DNA of 64,000 nt from Prorocentrum cordatum (Eukaryota). The notes beneath the pieces were generated by a model. That model made no database searches. It was not told where the DNA came from and worked only from the letters and a program-made list of their open reading frames with translations. Positions 54,524-64,000 of this stretch are shown piece by piece. The translations under genes were made by a program, and so were the position numbers. The stretch spans positions 558,001 to 622,000 of the forward strand of contig CAUYUJ010000226.1 in assembly GCA_963575745.1 (NCBI GenBank), read 5' to 3'. Each line of letters begins with the position of its first letter. The stretch's first letter is position 1.

Positions 54524-56333
54524 CACCGAGACACCACCACGACCGCGACCACGACCCCGACCGCGACCGAGACCGCGACCGAGACCGCGACTACGACCGC
54601 GACCGCGACCACGACCACGACCACACCGGGGGGGGGGGCGACGGCGACGGCGACGGCGAGGGCGGGCGCGAAGCCGCCGCCAGCCGACGACGAGGGCGCC
54701 GACGGCGAGGACGAGCGCGGGCGAGCTGGGACGAGGCCCGCCCGCGAGGGGGGCGGGCCCGAGCGGAGCGGCCGCGGGGCGGAGCGCGGCGGCAGCGGCG
54801 CCGAGGGGCGCGCCGGCCGCGCCCCCCGCGGCCCGCCAGGCGGCCGCGAGGCGGCGCGCGGAGCTCCGCGGGCTGCTGCCCGAGAAGGAGGCGCGGCCCC
54901 GCAAGCGCGCCGCCCGCGCCGGCGGCAACTCGTGGGGCGCCCTGGGTCTCGGGGGCCCCTAAACGGTGCGGTGACCACACCGTGCGGTGAGTCGGTGGGG
55001 ATTCGGGGTCACCGTACGGTCTTGGGACTCGGGTCGTTCTCCGAGGACGTCTCGGGCGACAGGGGCCTAGGCTCCGAGGTCCCAAGACCGTGCGGTGACG
55101 GACCGTGCGGTGAGGCCTTCGCGGATTTCGAGGTCACCGCACGGTCTGTCACCGCACCGTTTCGGGACTCCCAGTGGGTCGGCTCGGCATCGCCAGGACG
55201 CGCGTGGGTGTTTTCTGTTTCGGCGAGGACCTCCGTGGGCCCTGGGGACGACAGGGCCGTTTTTGTTGCCGGTTCCGTGCTGCCGTTTTTGTTGCCGGGT
55301 CCGACGCCGTTTTTTTACCGGTTCCGGCTCCGGTTCCAATCCTGGAGCCGTTTTTGTTGCCGTTTCCGGTCGCCGTTTTTTGCCGCTTCCATGTTCAAGG
55401 GACATCTTTTGGAAACGGTGAAAAAACGGCTTTGCCGTTTCCGGGGCCCACAAAAATGCGAGGACCATCGAGGAGTGTGTCGGGCCATCCTGCGAAGAGA
55501 ACGGCGCGCGGGGCGCCGCGGGAAAGCGCACGGGGAGTGGACGCACGAGCGACGACGAGGAGACGGGGGTCAGTGCAAAAGAGGGTGCCGCGTCAGGGTT
55601 GCATCGACTCAAGGTCCCGCCGCGCAGGATCCTGCAGGATTTTGCAAGATCTTGCAGGATCCTGCCAGGCCCGACTGACCCGGGTGTGCGCTCACCAGGG
55701 TCACTAAATGCCCCAGCAGTTCCAGGCACGATCGAAATTGGTACGGAAGGAGAGGGCACGAATACCAGCTTCAGTTCTTGTTCATTTTGAGCAAGATTCG
55801 CTGTCGGGATCGTCGTGGGCGTTGTCCATTCGAGGCAGAAGGCCGCATGCCTATCAGAGGCCGCTGTCGGGTTTGGACAGCCTTCTACTCTTGGGTATCG
55901 CACCAATGTTTTCCGCATCAACTTCGGGCGTCCACAAGCTTATGGAAGCCACAGGAATCTAGACCTCCCAGATGGGCCAGGGCCAGAAAAAAACGGGTTC
56001 GATTACGCCGACATTGGCGCGTAAGTTGCTCGCGTACGGTCGCGCGCAAGGGCCCTCGCTTCCAGCGTGGCGTCCCGCGCTGGCGGTCCACGTAAGCCAC
56101 CGCGTAAAGTCGCTATGCCATCTCGCGTAAGAGCCGGTTCTTTTCGTTGCTAAAGGTGTGGTTGCGCCTGGGTGTGGTTTGCGATCGGCGCCGTCGGGGC
56201 CTGGGGGGCACGACGCTGTCCTCGTCAGGCCTCCTCGGGGCGCGGCGGAGCCCCCCAGGGTGTCCCCTGGGGTGCCCGTTGCAAAGCACACCCTTTGCAC
56301 AACCACACCCTTCGGAGTCGCCGATGAGAACCT

Positions 56334-56517
56334 AGGCCTCCCAGATGGAGGCCGAGCAGATGTTGTCGGAGGATCGCGACGCATCGCCGATGCATCGGCA
56401 ATGCAGCTCGATGCGCAGCCCAACTTTCTCCACGCCGATGTCGCCGATGTATAGCCGACGTCGGCGATGCGCGGCAATCCTGCGACTGCATCCACTCAGA
56501 TCACATCCAGAAGGCCT
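56334..56517. mobile_element. Foldback element family C
   Basis: AGGCCTCCCAGATG...CATCCAGAAGGCCT ends and GCATCGCCGAT core. Confidence 0.75.
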
Positions 56518-57548
56518 CCAAATAATGATAGCTCACAAAACCCTCAAACATAATGCTACATGCGCAACACTGTTCCACTGGTTGCAATCTGCTTGGCGTT
56601 GGGACCCTAGAACCCTAGACTGGCAACTTGCGTCACTCTTGACTCAGAGTGCTCCTGGGAGCCTTGTACATCTTCGAGACTCAGTTGATAGAATGACTCC
56701 GCGCGCGTTCGCTCCTCAGAATCGATGTAGCTGCGCCGATCTAGCGTCGATTCAGTTGGCGTCGATTTGCAAGAGCTCGCAGGACGGCACGGGAGGCTCC
56801 CATGAGTTGCCACAGAAGCGTCTTCGCCCGCGCGCGTTCGCGCGCGCGCTCGAGTCTGCGCCAGCGCCACGCCGGCTCTGGCGCCGATCGCGTCTCATGT
56901 TCGAGGTAGTCGGGCGTTCTCATGGAGTCCCAGCGGCATTCCATCAATGGAGGAAAAACCACCCGGAGCGAACGGCCCTGGGCGTTTATCAAGCAGCCCT
57001 GCCCTGTTTGATTCCCTCTCTGGGCGCGTTTGCGGAACGGCCTCGCGTGTGGGGGTGGTCTGTCATCGGGGCGGAGACTCTGCCCTCCCATGAGAAAGCC
57101 ACGGGGTGCTCGCCAGCGGCTGCGCTGCGCCGAGGGGCGCCTCCGGGGCTTGCCCCGATCGTGCCGAGCGGCCGCCCTGAGAGCCGAGCTGCGGCCCGAA
57201 GGCCCGAGGGGGCCGGGCCGACCCTACAAGGTCCTGGCGTCGCAGTTGTGTGTTGCAGCGGGCGACTTGCGCCTCGTGTCTGGCCCCCTGGGCCCTCGCG
57301 GACCGCTGCGGCTCGAAGAGTGCCGCAGGACGGAGGGTGCCAGGGCGCTGGCTTTTTTTGTTGTTGTTGGGTGCGTGCGCGCGTGCGCGCGCGCGCGCGC
57401 GCGTGCGCGTGCGCGTGCGCGTGTATGTGCGTGTGTATGTGCGTGTGTATGTGCGTGTGTATGTGTATTTGTGTGTATGTGTATTTGTGTGTGTGTGTTG
57501 GGGGGGGGCGGGATGGGTTTTTTTTCTTTCCCCTGGCGGCAACAGGCA

Positions 57549-57635
57549 GTCACGTCACGATTCGCGCCGGCGCCGTCTGGGAATGCTCAGGAATGGCTCA
57601 TCCCCATATGGCGCTGGCGCGAATCGTGACATGAC
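57549..57635. mobile_element. Hairpin element family F, copy 2
   Basis: Same terminal inverted repeat and loop (CGCCGTCTGGGAATGC) as 34420. Confidence 0.75.
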
Positions 57636-57743
57636 CAGCGGGGAGTGAGAGGGGGAGTGGCGGGGCTGGTCACGGTCGCCATCGCGAGGAAGGATCATTG
57701 AAGAGTGCATGCTGTATTTTTTTCGTTGTGTCGAGTCTCAGTT

Positions 57744-57898
57744 CAGGAAGGAAAATTCACAGACCCAAATAAACGCCGATTCCCATTGAAATATTCGACA
57801 ATCTGGGAAGTGGAGGGGTAAACGAAAATCCAGAGAACATGGAAACATTCAGGGAATCCTGGCAGTTGTGTGTGTGTGTGTGTCCCTGGCCCCCTTCA
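57744..57898 (+). mobile_element. Family B element, diverged
   Basis: CAGGAAGG...TGTGTCCCTGGCCCCCTTCA. Confidence 0.65.
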
Positions 57899-59185
57899 TC
57901 AGGGCTGTCCGCGCCCTCAGCGCTGCCTCCTCGCCCCTCGGCGGCCCGCGGGAGGCGCGTGCGGGAGGCGGGGCGTCGGCGAGGGGGGGGGCGCCCCGCC
58001 CGATGTGTTGATGCTGAGCTACACTGGCAATGCCTCGCTGTCTCGGGGCCTTGCTGTGTTCGTTCAGCCACGCGCAGACGGTGGGTAGGGAGAGGGGGGA
58101 AGGTTTCTTACCAGACAAATCCGGGGGAGGCTTGTCCAAGGGGGGGTGTCTGGAGGGGTTGTCCGGATCCCCGCTGGGTTGTCCAAGGATTTGTTCAGCG
58201 TAGGCCGTTTTGTCATCATGAATCAGCAGGGGTTGACCAGATTGTCCAGGGGGTTGTCCGGGTTCTTTTCGATCGGATGTTTGTTCTTGTGAGTATGGTC
58301 GTAGGAGGTTTCTTAGCAGGCACGGGCCTTGTCTGTAGATGTAAGGCCTGCGCCTTCTAAGAAGCAGCCTGCTTCTAAGAAGCCTTCCTCCCTCCCCCGA
58401 CCCCCTTGTGCGCGCCGCCAAGTCTTGCCCGCTGGAGCATTTGACGCGGGTGCGGAGCTCCGCTGTCGGCGCCACGCTTTCCTCTGGCTCCGCCGCGCCC
58501 ACGTCACGAACGCACACCGTCCGAGGCGGCGGAGACCTCGAGAGACCCAGCCAACAGAGGGAGGGGCGAACGCGGGGCGTCGGCGAGGCGGGGGGGGAGA
58601 GGGCCGCCACGGAGTGAGGAGGTGATCCTGGGCGGCCAGGGGCCCGGGAGGGTCGCCACCCTCCGCGCGGCCCCCATCGGGCCTCGTCGGCCCGCGGGAG
58701 GATCGCGCGGGCGGCGGGGCGGGACGAGCGCGGGGGCGCCGGCGGGGCGGGGAGGCCGCCACGGAGCGGGGCCCACTTCGATCCGATCCGATCTCGACTC
58801 CTGCGGGCCCAATGCGGTGCCGACCTTGCGGCAAGCCGGTGCGGCCCGAGTCTTGCGTGCGCGCCGTTATGCATCTCGGCGCGGCCCGAGCTGGTTCGGT
58901 TCCGACTCCGTGCCGATGATTCTCGATCCGACGCACCTTGCGACTCGATCTGATGTCCCGGCTCGTTGATCGTTGCTCCTTCCCCCTACGCACAGGGGCC
59001 CGCGGAGGGTCTCCAGCTGCTCTCGGGCCCTCGGGCCCCTCGAGGCCCTTCCCCAGGCGTGCAGCCGAAGCGCTGGGACAGGGAGCAGCTCGGGTTCGGG
59101 GCTAGCTCGCTGCTCCACAGATCCTTGCATGATCACCGTTCCTTTTGGCGCTCCTCGTGTACCCAGGCGCTCTTGGGCCGAAAAG

Positions 59186-59339
59186 GGCCTTCAGAGGCGA
59201 CGACAGGGGCGAATAGCCCAGGGGAGAGCAATACATGTATCCAGGGGCGCCGATGATTTATGTCTTCGACGAGGCTCCCGGGCGAATACATGTACTGCCC
59301 TCCCCTGGGCTATTCGCTCTTATCGTTGCCTCCGAGGCC
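59186..59339. repeat. 154-bp imperfect hairpin (MITE-like)
   Basis: GCGAATAGCCCAGGGGAGAGCAATACATGTAT pairs with ATACATGTACTGCCCTCCCCTGGGCTATTCGC. The arms are ~55 bp. Confidence 0.8.
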
Positions 59340-59599
59340 TGAGCTCCTCACTCCTCGATCCTCGTGGTGGTAGGTAGCTATAGACTGCATCATGGGGCGA
59401 TCGCGACACGGCAGGCCCCAGAACGAGGCAGATGTGCTGGCCGTGGGTCTCCCGAGGCGCCCGGGTGTCGAGGTGCCTTGGGGGAGAACCTGGAAGAGGA
59501 AGAGGAGGACTCATCAGAAGGAACGCAGTGACGGTGAACCTCAGGCAGCTCTCACAACTAAAAGCTGCTCCGTGTTAGGGAGGAACATGTGGAGGGGGA

Positions 59600-59937
59600 C
59601 AAGGAGGATGAGAGAGAGGAGGAGCAGTAGCAGGAGGAGGAGGAGCAGGAGCAGGAGAAGGAGCAGGAACAGGAGCAGGAGCAGGAGGAGGAGGAGGAGC
59701 AGGAGGAGTAGGAGGAGGAGGAGGAGGAGGAGGAGGAGGGGGATCAGTATGTGAAGGAGGAGGAGGAGGAGGAGGAGGAGGAGGAGGAAGGAGGGAGGAG
59801 GAGGAGGAGGAGGAGGAGCAGGAACAAGCAGCAGGAGCAGGAGCAGGAGCAAGGATGAGGAGGAGGATGAGGAGGAGAAGAAGGAAGAGGAGCAGTAGGA
59901 GGAGCAGGAGGAGGAGGAAGAGGAGGAAGAGGAGGAA

Positions 59938-59992
<55 letters not shown>

Positions 59993-60029
59993 CTGATGAT
60001 GCTGATGCTGATGATGATGATGATGATGC

Positions 60030-60069
<40 letters not shown>

Positions 60070-60147
60070 CATGATCATGATCATGATCATGATCATGATC
60101 ATGAGGAGAGGATGAGGATGAGGATGAGGATGAGGATGAGGAGGATG

Positions 60148-60201
<54 letters not shown>

Positions 60202-60675
60202 CTGATGCTGATGATGCTGATGCTGATGATGATGATGATGATTGATGATGAGGAGGAGGAGGAGGAGGAGGAGGAGGAGGAGGAGAGGAGATGAGGATGA
60301 GGATGATGAGGATGAGGATGAGGATGAGGATGAGGATGAGGGAGGAGGAGGAGGAGGAGGAGGAGGAGGAGGAGGAGGAGCAGAAGGAGGATCAGTATGA
60401 GGAGGAGGAGGAGGAGGAGGAGGAGGAGGAGGAGGAGGAGGAGGGGAGAGAGGAGGAGGAGGAGGAGGAGGAGGAGGAGGAGGAGGAGGAGCAGGAGCTG
60501 GAGCAGGAGGAGTGGGAGCAGGAGCAGATGCAGAAGCAGGAGCAGGAGCAGGAGGAGGAAGAAGAGGAAGATAATGAGGAGGAGGACGAGGAGGAGGAGG
60601 AGGAGGAGGAGCAGGAGGAGGAGGAGGAGCAGGAGGAGGAGCAGGAGGAGGAGCAGGAGGAGGAGCAGGGAGGAG
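59600..60675 (+). repeat. Compound microsatellite GAG/CAG > GAT > GATCAT > GATGAG > GAG
   Basis: Direct reading of the sequence. Confidence 0.93.
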
Positions 60676-60865
60676 GACTGCCACGCCCGTGCTGCCGCGC
60701 CCCCAGCGGCCCGGCGAGTGCCATGCGGGCTCCCCCCGCCGGCTTTGGGCGCCTCGCGGCATGCGCCCGCCCCGCGCGCCGGGGGGCGGCGCCCAGGGGC
60801 GCGCGGGGGCGCGGCTGCTGGCCGGCGGCGCGGGCTGCAGGCTCGGCGCGTACCCTCTCCAGACC

Positions 60866-60925
<60 letters not shown>

Positions 60926-61859
60926 TTCGAGGAGGCCCACCGACGGCGACCCTCGGCGCCCAACTCCCGACTTTCCGACGAAAAATGCAGCGGCCAAGAA
61001 CAGGAGGGGGACCCTGGGATACATCCCCAGGGGGCTGCTCGAACGCACCCCTGTTGAGGATGGGCCCCCCTCTGTATATCCCAGGGTTGAGCGCAGAATT
61101 CTGATCCATCCGAAAACACCACGAAGCTTGGGAAAGGGGTTGACATGTCCCGTGTCAACCTTCGGGTCATGAAAACAGGTGGTAAGATTTTGGGGCCCTT
61201 GTCGGGCTCGTGGGGCCCTTGCTGGGCCTCGGGCCAGTTTCGGCTTCGGGAGGCCCTTGCCACTTCAGGACCATCAGCAAACGATTCCGGATGAAAAACC
61301 GGTCGTGGGGAATGGGTCCCAGGCTCGGCGCACACCCTTTTCAGACCCTCTTCGGGTATGAGACAGGCGACGGAAGTTGTGGGCTCTGTTCGGCCTAAAG
61401 GGGGGGCCCTCGCTGGGCCTCGGGGCCGTCAGGAAGCGGTCCCGGGAAGGTGGTCGAGAGGTCGGGTGCCCGTGTCTCGGGGGCGGCAAAGAGGGGGGTG
61501 ATGACTAGGGGGGGGGGGGTACATCATGGCGGGGGCCATGATAGTTCCCCAGGTCTCATGGCGCCTCTTCTTGCTTCATTACGTCGCTGGCCCCCCCGCT
61601 GGGCCACGCACATGCCGTCGGTCATGATTTGCACCCCCCCTCTTGGACACCCCCCCCTTCTTGGCCGCTCCCGAGCGTCTCGAACGAATCGAGGCGCCGG
61701 ATGTCGGGGTTGCCCCGTGGGCGAGAGAAAAAAACACCGCTGCGTACACCCGCGGCCTCGCGGGCCCTCGGGCCGGAGCCCCGCGGACGCGGGGCCCCAG
61801 GCTCGGCGCGCGCGCGTGGTCTGCTTCTCGAGGAGGAGAGATCGGCGCACGCTTTAAAC

Positions 61860-62030
61860 TTACGTCGGGCCTGTCCCTCTACAGAGGGAATGTTCAAAAA
61901 TAGGCAAAAAAATAGTCGGGGGACGATGTTTCGACTATCTTTTTTACATGGTTGGCGTAACTACTTATTTGGAGTAGTTCTTTTCATTTTTTGTCCAAAA
62001 TCGGCCTGTAGGGGGACACGCCCGACTTAA
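61860..62030. mobile_element. MITE family L, copy 2
   Basis: TTACGTCGGGCCTGTCCCTCTACAG / CTGTAGGGGGACACGCCCGACTTAA. Confidence 0.7.
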
Positions 62031-62032
62031 AT

Positions 62033-62187
62033 CAGGAGGGAAAGAAACACACAGACACAATTAATCGTCGATTCCCGAGAAAATATGGGAAAATATGGGA
62101 AGTGGGGGAAGACAAAAACTCAAAAAACATGGGAAAATATGGGGAATCATTTGTGTGTATTTATTTGTGTGTCCTGGGGCCCCTTCA
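62033..62187 (+). mobile_element. Family B element
   Basis: Colinear with 10599..10762. Confidence 0.8.
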
Positions 62188-62536
62188 TTAAACTTACACC
62201 CTCGGAGCTCCGCGCGGCGTTCGCGGATCGGCGGTGGGCGCCCCCCCGCAGGCGGCGCCCCCGGCGCCAACACCGGCGCGCTCCGCGCGCCAGGGAGGGG
62301 GGCCCCGCGCCGATCCGAGCAGCCCCCGCGCGGCTCCGCTCCGGCCCTCCTCCTCATCCCTCCTCCCCCCTCCTCCATCCTCCTCCTCCTCCTCATCCTC
62401 CGTCTTCTCTCTCATCATCTCTCCTCCTCCCTCCTCCTCCCACCTCCTCCCTCTTCCCTCCTCCCCCCTCCCTCCTCCTCCTTCTCCTTCCTCCCTCCTC
62501 CTCCTCCTCCTCCCTCCGCCCCGCTTGCTCACCATT

Positions 62537-62683
62537 CAGGAGGGAAAGAAACACACAGACACAATTAATCTGCGATTCCCAGAAACTATGGGAAATTATG
62601 GGAAGTGGGGGGGAAGACAAAACCCCAGAAAATATAGGAAAATATGGGGAATCTTTTTATTTGTGTGTATTTATTTGTGTGTC
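62537..62683 (+). mobile_element. Family B element lacking the 3' GGGGCCCC end
   Basis: Colinear with 62033..62187 up to TTTGTGTGTC. Confidence 0.75.
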
Positions 62684-63611
62684 ACAGTTATCCTTCAACC
62701 ATGGCTTGTCACCGCGCGCCCAGCGGTGCAACGCCGTCGCTGCAGGCGCGCGAACAACCGCAGGAGTGGGCAGATGCATCCGCCATCTCGCGTCCGTCGC
62801 GCAGCTGTGTTCGGTGCAGCCGGGGCTCCCCTGCTGCATCTCATGGAAAGAGTTAGTCTATAGCCAGGGTTGGCCGGAGGGGGTTGGCCCTGAGGGTTGG
62901 CCCGATGTCTGGAGGTGTGCCAGGAAGGCTGGCCGGGTCCGTCGTCGCACGAGTTGGCACTGCGTCGCTCAGAAGGGATGGCCGGGAGTGGCCAGGGGTT
63001 TGGCGACGCCAGTTCTCAGACGACGAGTTCTTTCTATAATACATTGTAGTTTATGTGCTCCCCTTGTCCTGCCAGGAGGATGCTGTTCAAGTCCCTTGCG
63101 ATAGCGGGCGTGCCCGGGAGGGGAGGTTGGCGGCGAGCGAGGGGGCGAAGTGCGAAGGAGAAGGCCTGCTCAAAAGGCGGCGGGCCTTCTCAGAAGTCCT
63201 CCTGCTCTCCGAGAAGTCATTGTTGCCTTTTCGGGGGCAGGCTTAGAGAATTTTTCTCTGGAGGCCGGGGGGCTTCTGAGCCTTCTCACCGCCCACCAAA
63301 CCACCCCAACCCAACCCGAAGGCCCCGATTTGCCCTCCATTTCCAGTGTGGGGGGGGGGTCGGGGAACATCGAAAAAACACGTGTGGAATCCGTCCCCCC
63401 CCCAACCCGAAATTCGGGTCTTCGGGTTAGGTTGGGGTGGTCTGGTAGGTTGTCACCTTCTGAGAAGGCCCCTCCCTCTCGCTTCCCCGTCAGGGCTCGC
63501 CGCCAAGGGGGGCGAGGGGGCCGGCGACCCCAGATCCGCGCTGGCGCCCCCCTGGGAGCGCTCAGAGAGTGCCGGGGGGCACGCGTGGCGTGAGCCCAAG
63601 CAGTGGCGAAG

Positions 63612-63802
63612 CTCGGTATCGGTTCACCGATCCCATCCCCATCTCCATCCCCCTCGAGGCCCCCGCCAAATTAGTACCCCAGTTTGGGATGCACTCCTCG
63701 AAACCCGGAGAGAACGACCCATATCCCCATCTAGGGTGCTAAATCTGCCAGGGGGGCCCAGGCCACGCCGCTGGGGATGGAGATCGGTTAAACGATACTC
63801 AG
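63612..63802. mobile_element. MITE family D inserted in a family E repeat
   Basis: Terminal inverted repeat GTATCGGTTCACCGATCCCATCCCCA / TGGGGATGGAGATCGGTTAAACGATAC. Family E sequence lies on both sides. Confidence 0.65.
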
Positions 63803-64000
63803 AAGTGGTCTGCGCGGAGTGCGCCAAGAACATGTCTGGCTGAGACTGTCTTGTTTTGGTGCATCGGGTTTATGCTCTAAGAGTATTTCTTTTGCTCTTG
63901 GAACATCTGTTGGTTCTACGAACAAATCGTGGTTGACCTATAGGAATGCCGGGACGGTCGGCCCTTGTTCAGACCAGGTTTTGAGGGGGGGTCCAGGACC

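Noticed and set aside
56345..57634. 429-aa ORF
   Set aside because: Starts in a family C element and crosses GT repeats and a family F hairpin. No domain signal.
60291..61172. Glu-rich 293-aa ORF
   Set aside because: Microsatellite translation.

Overview
Eukaryotic, GC-rich, gene-poor DNA that looks dinoflagellate-like. That assignment is inferred from a spliced-leader-like relic, TTTAGGG telomere-like repeats and very large trinucleotide tracts. Only two loci look like real protein genes. (1) An apparently full-length, intact non-LTR retrotransposon at 42..5279 (minus strand), inserted in a (GAG)n microsatellite with a probable 12-bp target-site duplication and a (TCTTA)n tail. It encodes an APE endonuclease-reverse transcriptase-C2H2 zinc-finger polyprotein. 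Unusually, it also carries a second, strongly codon-biased 247-aa ORF placed downstream of RT and nested in another frame inside the 3' end of the pol ORF. (2) An intronless LPCAT/LPEAT-type lysophospholipid acyltransferase with EF-hands at 31860..33467, preceded by a DinoSL-like relic and probably a retrogene. The rest is a mosaic: microsatellites (including a ~7.5-kb degenerate (GTA)n tract), 78-100-bp minisatellites, at least eight families of small (85-230 bp) inverted-repeat elements that often nest in each other, a ~3.7-kb foldback with ~1.3-1.5-kb arms, an interstitial telomeric tract and decayed LINE fragments. Nearly all other ORFs in the track are low-complexity artefacts. No rRNA, tRNA or CRISPR was seen. 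Repeat boundaries were read by eye and are approximate.
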